Numbered from the stretch's first letter, positions 52,825-61,492 are shown. The stretch is 64,000 bases of DNA from Thermoanaerobaculia bacterium (GCA_036398925.1 DASWOB010000071.1:8425-72424); one strand, 5' to 3'. Program-made: numbers and translations. Notes: a model not told the origin generated them from the letters alone.

Positions 52825-53006
52825 TCTGGCTGTTGGCTGTTGGCTCTTGGCTGTTGGGGGCGGCGCCACGGCTCATCGTGAAAGCGAACTGTTGGTATCC
52901 GCCGGCCAGCCGCGGCGCCCCCTTTCTCGTTCGAACGAGCTGTTCCCCACCCCGCCACGAGCCGTGGCGCCGCCCCCTAAGAGCGAAGAGCCAACAGCTA
53001 AGAGCT
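52825..53006. repeat. Palindromic element with GGCTGTT-array arms and a perfect 19-bp inner inverted repeat
   Basis: TGGCTGTTGGCTGTTGGCTCTTGGCTGTTGGGGGCGGCGCCACGGCTC ... GAGCCGTGGCGCCGCCCCCTAAGAGCGAAGAGCCAACAGCTAAGAGC. The centre contains the 14-nt palindrome CTCGTTCGAACGAG. Confidence 0.85.
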
Positions 53007-53074
53007 AGTGTTGGAATCCTCCTTCCTTCCGTCCGGTTCCCAATCCACGTCCCACACAGCTAGAAGGAGATCTC

Positions 53075-54034
53075 GTGAAAAAGACCATCTCGACATTTGC
53101 CGCCCTCGCGATTGCCGCGACCGTGGCGGTGGCGCAGGACAAGCCGGCGCAACCCGCAACCGCTCAGCCGGCGGCCGCCCAGCAGGCCGGCGACCCGATC
53201 ATCGTCGCCGCGGGTGACGTGGCCATCCGCCAGTCGGAGTTCGAAGGGGCGCTGCAGACGCTTCCGCCCGAGTACCAGCAGTACGCCCAGGGCCCTGGCA
53301 AGCGCCAGTTCGCCGAAGACTTCCTGCGCATGAAGATGCTCGCGAAGGAAGGGATGAAGAACGGCCTCGACAAGGATCCGGACGTCATCAAGCAGCTCGC
53401 TCTGATGCGCGAGAACCTCGTCGCCAACGCGCAGCTCCAGCGCATCGAGAAGGGCATCACCGTCAGTGACGCCGACCTCAAGAAGGTCTACGACACCAAG
53501 AAGAACGACTACGAGCAGGTCAAGGCCCGGCACATCCTGATCGCCTTCAAGGGCAGCCCTGCCGCGCAGGAAGGGAAGCCGGAGCTGACCGAAGAGCAGG
53601 CCAAGGCCAAGGCCGAGGATCTGCGCAAGCAGCTCGTGGGCGGCGCTTCGTTCGAAGAGCTGGCCAAGAAGGAATCGGACGACCTCGGCTCGGGCAGCCG
53701 CGGCGGTGACCTCGGCGCGTTCGGCCGTGGCCAGATGGTTCCGGAGTTCGAGAAGGCCGCGTTCGAAGGAAAGGCTGGCCAGGTTTCGCCGGTCATCCGC
53801 ACGCAGTACGGCTACCACATCATCAAGGTCGACGAGCATGTCACGACGCCGTTCGAGCAGGTCAAGGCCAACCTCGAGCGCGAAGCGCGTCAGGAGCGCC
53901 TGCAGGCCCGTCTCGAAGAGATGAAGACCGCCGCCAAGGTGACGTTCAATGACGCCTACTTCGGTCCCGCCACGCCGCCGCCGGCCACCCCGCAGACTCC
54001 TCCGCCGGCGCCGCCGTCGAGCCAGAACCAGTAA
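53075..54034 (+). CDS. Parvulin-type peptidyl-prolyl cis-trans isomerase (SurA/PrsA-like), secreted
   Basis: GAAGGAG RBS and GTG start. Signal peptide. Parvulin motifs ARHILIAF, GGDLGAFGRGQMVPEFEKAAF, GYHIIKV. Confidence 0.9.
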   Translation: MKKTISTFAALAIAATVAVAQDKPAQPATAQPAAAQQAGDPIIVAAGDVAIRQSEFEGALQTLPPEYQQYAQGPGKRQFAEDFLRMKMLAKEGMKNGLDKDPDVIKQLALMRENLVANAQLQRIEKGITVSDADLKKVYDTKKNDYEQVKARHILIAFKGSPAAQEGKPELTEEQAKAKAEDLRKQLVGGASFEELAKKESDDLGSGSRGGDLGAFGRGQMVPEFEKAAFEGKAGQVSPVIRTQYGYHIIKVDEHVTTPFEQVKANLEREARQERLQARLEEMKTAAKVTFNDAYFGPATPPPATPQTPPPAPPSSQNQ

Positions 54035-54057
54035 CCAGACGCAGATCGACAACGAAG

Positions 54058-54086
54058 AGGCCGGCGATTCGCCGGCCTTTTTTGTT
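54058..54086 (+). terminator. Rho-independent terminator
   Basis: AGGCCGGC / GCCGGCCT stem with a short loop, followed by TTTTTTGTT, 24 nt after the PPIase stop. Confidence 0.75.
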
Positions 54087-54099
54087 ATCGTTCGCCGCC

Positions 54100-54318
54100 A
54101 TGGAGATTCCGTCGAAAGTATCGATCTTCAACCGCACGCTCGAGATCAAGGGGAAGGCCGGCACCCTCATCGCCATCAGCGAAGAGGGGGGCTACTACGA
54201 GGTCGTGCTCGAGGTGCAGCAGCGGAATCACACGGTGCTCTTTCCGATCGCCGAAACAGTGCTGATCTTCAACGAAGCGCTGCCGACGATCGCGGCCGAC
54301 TTTGAAGTCGAGCGGTAG
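54100..54318 (+). CDS. Hypothetical small protein
   Basis: 72 aa starting from ATG 54100 (MEIPSKVSIF...). Its stop lies 6 nt before the next gene. No obvious RBS and no family recognised. Confidence 0.4.
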   Translation: MEIPSKVSIFNRTLEIKGKAGTLIAISEEGGYYEVVLEVQQRNHTVLFPIAETVLIFNEALPTIAADFEVER

Positions 54319-54324
54319 CACGCG

Positions 54325-55209
54325 ATGCGGGTCGTCATCCCGGACGACTACCAGGATGCCGTACGCGACCTGGCGTGCTTCCGGAAGCTCGCCGGGCATG
54401 ACGTGACGGTGCTGCCGCACACCGTCTCCTCCGGCGACGCGGAAGCGCTCGTGCTGATCCGCGAGCGCACCGCGATCACCGAGGAGCTGCTCGATGGCTT
54501 TCCGCGCCTCCGCCTCATCGCGCAGACTGGCCGCGGCACCGCGCACATCGACATGGAGGCGTGCGCCAGGCGCGGTGTGGAGGTGGCGGTCGGAACCGGC
54601 TCGCCGCACGCGCCGGCGGAGCTCACGTTCGCCCTGATCCTGGCCGCCTCCCGCCGCATCTGCACCGAGGCCGCATCGCTGCGCAACGGCGGCTGGCAGA
54701 CCGCCCTCGGGCGCACGCTGCGTGGCCGCACCCTCGGCATCTGGGGCTACGGCAAGATCGGCACGCTCGTGGCCGGGTTCGGGCGGGCGTTCGGGATGAA
54801 CATCCTCGCGCACGGCCGCTCCGCGCCGGCGGATGGAACAGCGTTCGAGCCTGATCGGGCCGGCTTCCTCACGCGGTGCGATGTGCTCTCGCTGCATCTC
54901 CGCCTGGTCGAAGAAACGCGCGGCATCATGACCGCGGACGATCTCGCGCGAATGAAACCGGAGGCCCTGCTGGTCAACACCGCGCGAGCGGAGCTGATCG
55001 AGCCGGGCGCTCTCGTGGCCGCGCTGCGTAACGGCCGCCCCGCCTTCGCCGCCGTCGACGTCTTCGAGCACGAGCCCGCCGTGAACGACCCGCTCCTCGC
55101 CCTCGACAACGTCCTCGCCACCCCGCATCTCGGCTACGTCGAAAAGGACAGCTACGAGCTCTACTTCGGCCAGGCCTTCGACGCCGTCAACGCCTTCGCC
55201 GCGCGCTGA
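54325..55209 (+). CDS. D-isomer-specific 2-hydroxyacid dehydrogenase family protein
   Basis: NAD-binding motif GIWGYGKIGTLVA. Catalytic-region contexts NTARAELI and TPHLGY. Confidence 0.88.
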   Translation: MRVVIPDDYQDAVRDLACFRKLAGHDVTVLPHTVSSGDAEALVLIRERTAITEELLDGFPRLRLIAQTGRGTAHIDMEACARRGVEVAVGTGSPHAPAELTFALILAASRRICTEAASLRNGGWQTALGRTLRGRTLGIWGYGKIGTLVAGFGRAFGMNILAHGRSAPADGTAFEPDRAGFLTRCDVLSLHLRLVEETRGIMTADDLARMKPEALLVNTARAELIEPGALVAALRNGRPAFAAVDVFEHEPAVNDPLLALDNVLATPHLGYVEKDSYELYFGQAFDAVNAFAAR

Positions 55210-55408
55210 AAGCACGGTCATTCGGACGCGCATCGGTAGCTTTGCAGGGGGGGGTGCGGACTTTCGCCGCCCTCGTCCCGCGATACGAGCGGCAGGTGGG
55301 ACGCCCACACCGGGCGGTCGCCGGACCGGAATCGTCCCAACGATCGTGCAGTCAACACGTTACGCCGACCGAGCCGGTGTGGTGATGCGACCAGGTGGGC
55401 GAGGTCGG

Positions 55409-55517
55409 CGACCACGTCGATGTGGTGCGACCACCACGTCGATGTAGTGCGGCCACCACGTCGATGTAGTGCGCGACCACGTCGATGTGGTGCGCGACCA
55501 CGTCGATGTGGTGCGAG
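55409..55517. repeat. Tandem repeat of about 22 bp, 5 copies
   Basis: GACCACGTCGATGTGGTGCGC-type units head-to-tail. Two of the five units have an extra CAC and two have TAG in place of TGG. Each unit contains CCACGTCGATGTGG. Confidence 0.9.
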
Positions 55518-55639
55518 CAGCAGGTGGATGCGTTAAGGAAACGTCAACGCGTGGTCCTCGGGCAACGCGACGCGTCCCTCCTGCCGCACCCGTGACGGAG
55601 CCGCGCTGCTCTCGGTCTGAGGGTGATCTGAGCAGCCGG

Positions 55640-56392
55640 TTACCTCACCGGCTTCGCGAACAGATACGCCACGCCGACGCCGATCAGGTACAGCAGGATC
55701 ATCGGCACCGCGAGCGCGGCCTGGGTGACCATGTCGGGAGTGGGGGTGATCACGGCTGACACGATGAACGCCAGCACGACCGCGAACTTGAACTTCTGCA
55801 TCAGGAACGCCGGCGTGACGATACCGAGGCGGGCCAGGAAGAAGATCAGGATCGGGGTCTCGAAGACGGCGCCGCAGGCGAGGATGATCACGCTGGCGAA
55901 CGAAAAGTAGTCGTCCACCGTGACCATCTGCTTGAACTCGCGGCCGGTCTCGACGAAGAAGCTGCAGGTTGCCGGCAGGAGATAGCGATAGCCGAAGTAT
56001 CCGCCGGCGATGAAGAAGAGGGAGCCGAAGATGATGAACGGCGCGGCCAGGCGGCGTTCCTTCTTGTAGAGGCCGGGGGCGATGAAGAGCCAGACCTGCA
56101 GCAGGATGACCGGCGCCGCGACGAAGAGGCCGGCGAAGAACGCCACCTTCATGTAGAGGAAGAACGGCGCGGTCAGCCTCGTGTACGCCAGCTTGTCGCC
56201 CGGCGCGAGGAACTGCGAGAGCGGCTGCTGCAAGTAGAGGAAGATCTCCTCGGCGAAGCCCCAGCAGATGAAGAAACCGACCGCGGCGGCGATGAACGAG
56301 ACCACGATCCGCTTGCGCAGCTCCTCGAGGTGATCGAGGAAGCCCATCTTCGGCAGCTCTGCTTCGGGGTCGTGAATCGGATCGGCCGACAT
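55640..56392 (-). CDS. tatC: Twin-arginine translocase subunit TatC
   Basis: FLDHLEELRKRI opening and six TM helices with TatC-typical spacing. Starts immediately after the tatA stop. Confidence 0.92.
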   Translation of the reverse strand: MSADPIHDPEAELPKMGFLDHLEELRKRIVVSFIAAAVGFFICWGFAEEIFLYLQQPLSQFLAPGDKLAYTRLTAPFFLYMKVAFFAGLFVAAPVILLQVWLFIAPGLYKKERRLAAPFIIFGSLFFIAGGYFGYRYLLPATCSFFVETGREFKQMVTVDDYFSFASVIILACGAVFETPILIFFLARLGIVTPAFLMQKFKFAVVLAFIVSAVITPTPDMVTQAALAVPMILLYLIGVGVAYLFAKPVR

Positions 56393-56791
56393 CTAGGACT
56401 CGGCCTTCCGGGGGAGCGGTTCCTCGGTTCCTCGCGGTTCCTCGGTTCCTCGGAAGTCGGCAGGCGTTTCGAACGCTGTCGGAGTTTCGACGGCTGTCGC
56501 TGTTTCGACACCTGCCGCTGCTTCGGCGATCTCGGTGGCGGGCGACGCTGGCTCACTCCTTGATACGGTCTCGAAGTCGAACGGCGTAACTACCGGGGTC
56601 GCAATCTTTTTCAGCTCTTCGAGACGAACTTCCCGCTCGATCGTGTTCTTGATGTCGTCCGTCGCCTTACGGAACTCGCCGAGCGCTTTTCCGAGCATGC
56701 GTCCGATCTCCGGAATCCGGCGGGGGCCGAAGACGACCAGTACGACGACGAAGATCAGCAGGATCTCAGGTACGCCTAACGAACCGAACAT
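56393..56791 (-). CDS. tatA: Twin-arginine translocase subunit TatA/E with an extended C-terminal tail
   Basis: MFGSLGVPEILLIFVVVLVVFGPRRIPEIGRMLGKALGEFRKA is canonical TatA. The 132-aa ORF continues through a VET/FET repeat and a GGTTCCTCG repeat arm (RGTEEPRGTEEP) to a TAG that abuts the tatC ATG. Confidence 0.88.
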   Translation of the reverse strand: MFGSLGVPEILLIFVVVLVVFGPRRIPEIGRMLGKALGEFRKATDDIKNTIEREVRLEELKKIATPVVTPFDFETVSRSEPASPATEIAEAAAGVETATAVETPTAFETPADFRGTEEPRGTEEPLPRKAES

Positions 56792-56920
56792 ATCTTTGCG
56801 AGGGGCCTCAGAAGTGACGAGCGGGTAACAGCCGGGCCGGCTTGAATACTCCGCTGATGGAATCGCGTTACTCTGTCCACAGTGTATCCCGAGCGCGATG
56901 CGAGAGAAGTGATAAACGCC

Positions 56921-58591
56921 ATGGCTAAACTCAAGAAAAACGAGAAGTGGAGCTTCACGCTGACTCTGCTGGTGGTGATCGCCGGAGCGACGTTGTTCGG
57001 CGGCTTCTACGGCAACTACCTGTTCGGCGCCCCGATGCAGAACAGCGAGCTGCAGAAGCGGCTGAAGGAGTACACCGACCTCCTCAATGCCGTCACCGCG
57101 AACGCGCCGGAGCCGACCGAGTCCGACAAGTTCGTCTACGCCTCCATCGACGGGATGCTGCGCGTCCTCGATCCGCACACCTCCTTCCTCGAACCGAAGG
57201 AATACGCGGACATGCAGGATCGCCAGAAGGGGACGTTCTACGGCCTCGGCATCCTGGTGACGAAGCGCAACGATCAGGTCACCGTCATTACGCCGCTCGA
57301 GGGCACCCCCGCGGCTCGCCTCGGCGTGCGTGCCGGCGACGTGATCACCGAGGTCGAGGGCGAGTCGACCGAAGACCTCGCGCTCGATGAGGTGGTCAAG
57401 AAGCTGAAGGGGCCGAAAGGCACCACCGTCCACATCAAGATCCAGCGCGTCGGGATGAAAGAGCCGATTCCGCTCACCATCACCCGCGCCGCCATTCCGA
57501 CGAACTCCATCAGCAACGTGCTGATGATCCGTCCGGGCATCGGCTACGTGCGCATCAAAGACTTCACCGGCACGACCGTGCGCGAGCTCGACGACGCCAT
57601 CGACAAGCTCAAAGCGCAGGGCATGCAGAAGCTGGTCCTCGATCTGCGCATGAATCCGGGCGGTCTGCTCGACGCCGCCGTCGGCGTCTCCGATCACTTC
57701 CTCGAGAAGGGGCAGATGATCGTCTACACGAAGGGCCGCACCCCCGATTCGGCGCAGGAGTACACCGCCCCGGGCAAGCACGAGAAGTTCGAAATGCCGG
57801 TGGTGGTCCTCGTCAACCGCGGCAGCGCCTCCGCCTCGGAGATCGTGGCCGGCGCGATTCAGGATCACGATCGTGGCCTGGTGGTCGGTGAGACCAGCTG
57901 GGGCAAGGGCCTCGTGCAGAGCGTCTACACGCTCAACTACGGCGCCGGCCTCGCGCTCACCACGTCGAAGTACTTCACCCCGGCGGGGCGCAACATCCAG
58001 CGCGACTACACCTCGTTCTACGACTACTATGTCGCCGACGAGACGGAGAACGGCCCCGAGGTTCCGCTGTCGCAGCGCAAGCAGTTCAAGACGTCGACCG
58101 GACGCATCGTCTACGGCGGCGGCGGCATCACCCCCGACTACATCGTCAAGCAGCCGCAGCTCGCGCGCACGACGCAGCTGCTCGAAGTGCGCAGCGCGAT
58201 CTTCAACTACGCCGTCGAGTACGCGGCCAAGCATCCGAACCTGACCAAAGACGTGGCGGTGACGCCCGCCGTCATTGAAGACTTCATCAACTTCGCCGCA
58301 TCGAAAGAGATCGCCACCGAGGCCGACATCCGCGATGCGCTGAAGAACGACGCCGACCGCAAGTTCGTCGAGCGCGCGCTGAAGGCGGAGATCGTCGCCG
58401 CCAAGTACGGCTTCGATCAGTCGTATCCGTTCCGTCTGCAGGGCGACGCGCAGGTGGAGAAGGCGCTGGAGGTCTTCCCGGAAGCGCAGAAGCTGGCGAC
58501 GGTGGCAGCCGGATCGCGCGGTGGAACGTTCCCCCCGGCCGATGCCGGAACGCGCGCGGCGGAAGCAACTCCGCGCAACAAAACGCAGTAA
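56921..58591 (+). CDS. S41-family carboxyl-terminal processing protease
   Basis: N-terminal TM anchor. PDZ segment (GLGILVTKRNDQVTVITPLEGTPAARLGVRAGDVI). S41 catalytic contexts (VLVNRGSASASEIVAGAIQD; TSKYFTPAGR). Confidence 0.9.
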   Translation: MAKLKKNEKWSFTLTLLVVIAGATLFGGFYGNYLFGAPMQNSELQKRLKEYTDLLNAVTANAPEPTESDKFVYASIDGMLRVLDPHTSFLEPKEYADMQDRQKGTFYGLGILVTKRNDQVTVITPLEGTPAARLGVRAGDVITEVEGESTEDLALDEVVKKLKGPKGTTVHIKIQRVGMKEPIPLTITRAAIPTNSISNVLMIRPGIGYVRIKDFTGTTVRELDDAIDKLKAQGMQKLVLDLRMNPGGLLDAAVGVSDHFLEKGQMIVYTKGRTPDSAQEYTAPGKHEKFEMPVVVLVNRGSASASEIVAGAIQDHDRGLVVGETSWGKGLVQSVYTLNYGAGLALTTSKYFTPAGRNIQRDYTSFYDYYVADETENGPEVPLSQRKQFKTSTGRIVYGGGGITPDYIVKQPQLARTTQLLEVRSAIFNYAVEYAAKHPNLTKDVAVTPAVIEDFINFAASKEIATEADIRDALKNDADRKFVERALKAEIVAAKYGFDQSYPFRLQGDAQVEKALEVFPEAQKLATVAAGSRGGTFPPADAGTRAAEATPRNKTQ

Positions 58592-58592
58592 A

Positions 58593-58683
58593 CGGTCCTC
58601 GCAGTTCCTCGGGTTCCTCGGTTCCTCGGCGGAACCGCCGCACATCCGAGGAACCGAGCAACCGAGGAACTCCGAGCAACCGA
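58593..58683. repeat. GGTTCCTCG-array palindromic element
   Basis: CGGTCCTCGCAGTTCCTCGGGTTCCTCGGTTCCTCGG ... CCGAGGAACCGAGCAACCGAGGAACTCCGAGCAACCG. Confidence 0.85.
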
Positions 58684-58685
58684 AA

Positions 58686-58725
58686 CGGCGGTTGGCGTGT
58701 CTCACGTCGGCCGCCTTTTGTTTTT
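58686..58725 (+). terminator. Rho-independent terminator
   Basis: Stem of about 12 bp (with G-U pairs), CGGCGGTTGGCGT / ACGTCGGCCGCC, followed by TTTTGTTTTT. Confidence 0.7.
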
Positions 58726-58776
58726 CTGATGAACCTTTGTTAACGTGTCGCCGCTTTTTGGGAGACGCTACAAGAC

Positions 58777-59070
58777 ATGCCCGAGCTCGGAAAGAAGTAC
58801 AACTGCTATAGCTGCCACACCAAGTTTTATGACCTCGGCAAGCCGGTGCCGCTCTGCCCGAAGTGCGGTGCGGATCAGCGCGATGCCGAAGAAGCGCCGC
58901 TCTACACGACCAGCCGCAGCCGGCGCGTCGTCGAGGAGCCGGTGGAGGATGACGATTTCACGGCCACGCCGGAGCCCGGTGCCGTTGCTGCCGATAGCGA
59001 GGAAGAAGAAGACTTCGCTGGTGGCGCGGAGCGTGAAGAAGAGCCCGAGGAAGAGGAAGAAGAGTACTAA
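58777..59070 (+). CDS. FYDLN_acid-type zinc-ribbon protein with an acidic tail (TIGR02300-like)
   Basis: [18 protein letters not shown] followed by an Asp/Glu-rich tail ([23 protein letters not shown]). Confidence 0.8.
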   Translation: MPELGKKYNCYSCHTKFYDLGKPVPLCPKCGADQRDAEEAPLYTTSRSRRVVEEPVEDDDFTATPEPGAVAADSEEEEDFAGGAEREEEPEEEEEEY

Positions 59071-59097
59071 TCTTCTTGCTCGCAGCGGAGGTAAAGC

Positions 59098-59724
59098 ATG
59101 CGGAACCTCGGACTCCTGGGGTGTGTCGGTGCACTGATCGTGGCGTTGCTCATCGGCGGCGCCTACTTCGTCAGTGTCCGGAACAACATCGTCGGGCTCG
59201 AAGAAGGCGTCAATCAACAGTGGGCACAGGTCGAGAGTCAGTATCAGCGGCGCTATGACCTCATCCCGAACCTCGTGCGGACCGTACAGGGTGCGGCCAA
59301 CTTCGAGAAAGCAACGCTCGAAGCGGTCGTCAATGCACGGTCGCGCGTCGGACAGGTGCAGGCTCCGGCCGGACCTCCCGGCGCGGCGGGGGCGATCACC
59401 ACGGATCCGAATGCGATGCAGCAGTTCGCCGACGCCCAGCAGGGCCTCTCGAACGCGCTGTCGCGCCTTCTGGTAGTCGTGGAGCGCTATCCGGAACTGA
59501 AGGCCAATCAGGGCTTCCTCGAGCTGCAGTCGCAGCTCGAAGGGACGGAAAACCGCATTGCCGTCGAACGTGGGCGCTACAACCAGGCGGCGCAGGGCTA
59601 CAACACTGCCATCCGCCGCTTCCCGGCCAGCCTGGTCGCGTCGATGAGCGGCTTCAAACCGAAGGCGTACTTCAAAGGCGTGGCGGGCAGCAGCCAGGCG
59701 CCGAACGTCGACTTCAAGTTCTAG
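59098..59724 (+). CDS. LemA family protein
   Basis: N-terminal TM segment. Motifs QYQRRYDLIPNLV and RYPELKAN..F..LQ.QLEGTENRIAVER.RYN are typical of LemA. Confidence 0.9.
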   Translation: MRNLGLLGCVGALIVALLIGGAYFVSVRNNIVGLEEGVNQQWAQVESQYQRRYDLIPNLVRTVQGAANFEKATLEAVVNARSRVGQVQAPAGPPGAAGAITTDPNAMQQFADAQQGLSNALSRLLVVVERYPELKANQGFLELQSQLEGTENRIAVERGRYNQAAQGYNTAIRRFPASLVASMSGFKPKAYFKGVAGSSQAPNVDFKF

Positions 59725-59737
59725 AGGCGCACGGACG

Positions 59738-60532
59738 GTGCGCCTTCTTCGTTTTCTGCCGTTTGTTTTCCTGCTGCTGACGGTGGCGGCGCGCGCGCTC
59801 GACGTGCCGCCGCCACCGACGCGCTGGGTCACCGACCGCGCGAGCATCCTCAGCACCACCGAACTGGCCACGCTCGACACGAAGCTCGAAAACTTCGAGC
59901 AGCAGAGCGGCGCCCAGTTCCTGATCTACATCTTCCCGTCGATCGAGAATGAATCGATCGAAGACTTCACCATCCGCGCGGCGGAGAAGTGGAAGGTCGG
60001 TCAGAAAAAGTACGACAACGGTCTGATCCTCTTCATCTTCTTCAACGAAAAGAAGGCGCGGATCGAGACCGGCTACGGGCTGGAAGGCTCGATCACCGAT
60101 GCCTTCGCATCGCGCGTCATTCGCGAGCAGCTCGCGCCGCGCTTTCAGCAGAACGACTACGCCGGCGGCCTCAATGCGGCGGCCGACGCGATCATGCAGA
60201 AGATCCGCACGGGAGAGGAGCCGGTGGCTCCGCTCAATCCGCGCGGTTCGCAACAGCAGCAGCCCGCGCCACAGCCGTCCGGCATCGACCTCGGCACGAT
60301 CGTCTTCTTCGTCATCATCTTCATCTTCTTCATCCTGCCGGTCATGTCACGCGGACGGCGCGGGGGCGGCGGCTGCGGCGGATGTCTCCTCCCGTTCCTC
60401 TTCTCCGGCGGGCGCGGCATCACCTTCGGCGGCGGAGGAGGCTTCGGGGGTGGTGGCGGCTTCGGCGGAGGCGGAGGATTCTCGGGTGGCGGCGGGAGTT
60501 TTGGTGGTGGTGGTGCAACCGGAGGCTGGTGA
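59738..60532 (+). CDS. TPM-domain protein (YgcG-like) with a TM segment and a Gly-rich C-terminus
   Basis: GTG start and signal peptide. TPM core WVTDRASILS...AQFLIYIFPS...GLILFIFFNEKKARIETGYGLEG. C-terminal GGGGFGGGGGFGGGGGFSGGGGSFGGGG. Confidence 0.88.
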   Translation: MRLLRFLPFVFLLLTVAARALDVPPPPTRWVTDRASILSTTELATLDTKLENFEQQSGAQFLIYIFPSIENESIEDFTIRAAEKWKVGQKKYDNGLILFIFFNEKKARIETGYGLEGSITDAFASRVIREQLAPRFQQNDYAGGLNAAADAIMQKIRTGEEPVAPLNPRGSQQQQPAPQPSGIDLGTIVFFVIIFIFFILPVMSRGRRGGGGCGGCLLPFLFSGGRGITFGGGGGFGGGGGFGGGGGFSGGGGSFGGGGATGGW

Positions 60533-60978
60533 TGCATCAGAAGGACTTCCTCGAAAAACTCGATCAGCAGCGCATCGTCGACGCCATCCACGCGGCCGAG
60601 CTGCGCACCTCAGGCGAGATCCGCGTGCACGTGCAGCCGCGCGCGACCGGCGGTGAGATCCGCGAGGTGGCCGAGCGGACGTTCGAGCGCCTCGGCATGA
60701 CCAAAACGGAGCTGCGCAACGGCGTGCTGCTCTTCATCGCCTGCGAGGAGCAGCGTTTCGTGATCCTCGGCGACCAGGGACTCAACGAGCGCGTGCCGGC
60801 CGGCTTCTGGGACGAAATCGCGGCGCGCCTGACCATCCGCTTCAAGGCAGGGGAGTACACCGATGGCATCGTCGAAGCGATCCACTCCGCGGGCGAAGAG
60901 CTCCTCCACTACTTCCCTCGCAACGAAGCCGACGTCAACGAGCTCCCGAACGAAATCAACATCGAGCACCATCACTAG
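60532..60978 (+). CDS. TPM-domain protein (cytoplasmic type)
   Basis: TGATG overlap with the previous gene. SGEIRVHV, GVLLFIACEEQRFVILGDQG, and a C-terminal HHH. Confidence 0.85.
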   Translation: MHQKDFLEKLDQQRIVDAIHAAELRTSGEIRVHVQPRATGGEIREVAERTFERLGMTKTELRNGVLLFIACEEQRFVILGDQGLNERVPAGFWDEIAARLTIRFKAGEYTDGIVEAIHSAGEELLHYFPRNEADVNELPNEINIEHHH

Positions 60979-61423
60979 CGTCGTCATCGCCTTCGGCTCG
61001 AACCTCGGCGACCGCGCGTATCACCTGCGTCGCGCGCTGCACGAGCTGTCGCCGTTCGTACGTCTGGTGCGCGTCAGCTCCGTGCACGAGACCGCGGCCG
61101 TCGACTCACCGGCCGGATCGCCCGATTACCTGAACCTGGTGGCGGTCGGATACACCACGCTGCCGCCGCTGACGTTGCTGCGGGAGATGCAGTCGATCGA
61201 AGCAAAGCTGGGCCGCGTGCGCACGCGAGTGCGCAACGAGCCGCGGGTGATCGACCTCGACCTGATCTTCTATGGCGCGCTGCGGATGAACACACGCGAG
61301 CTGACGCTGCCGCATCCCCGGTGGAGTCAGCGGGAGTTCGTGGTGAAGCCGCTGCGCGAGGTGTGGAGGCATTCAACCCCGAGCGTAGTCGAGGGGTCCA
61401 TCAAGGCGCGGCGCCTCCGTTGA
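60863..61423 (+). CDS. folK: 2-amino-4-hydroxy-6-hydroxymethyldihydropteridine diphosphokinase
   Basis: VVIAFGSNLGDR, NEPRVIDLDLIFYG, LTLPHPRW..REFV. The conserved core begins near 60980. The only in-frame ATG is at 60863, so the true start is uncertain. Confidence 0.8.
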   Translation: MASSKRSTPRAKSSSTTSLATKPTSTSSRTKSTSSTITSVVIAFGSNLGDRAYHLRRALHELSPFVRLVRVSSVHETAAVDSPAGSPDYLNLVAVGYTTLPPLTLLREMQSIEAKLGRVRTRVRNEPRVIDLDLIFYGALRMNTRELTLPHPRWSQREFVVKPLREVWRHSTPSVVEGSIKARRLR

Positions 61424-61492
61424 CAGGCAGCTGAAGCGCGGCGCCTTGGTTGACCCTTCGACTCGCTTCGCTCGCTCAGGGTGGTGAGGGGG

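Noticed and set aside
54085-55308. 407-aa minus-strand ORF opposite the 2-hydroxyacid dehydrogenase
   Set aside because: It is an antisense shadow. The plus-strand gene carries the NAD-binding and catalytic motifs.
56393-58705. 770-aa minus-strand ORF
   Set aside because: Only the final 132 codons (TatA) are credible. The rest is antisense to the well-supported S41 protease gene.
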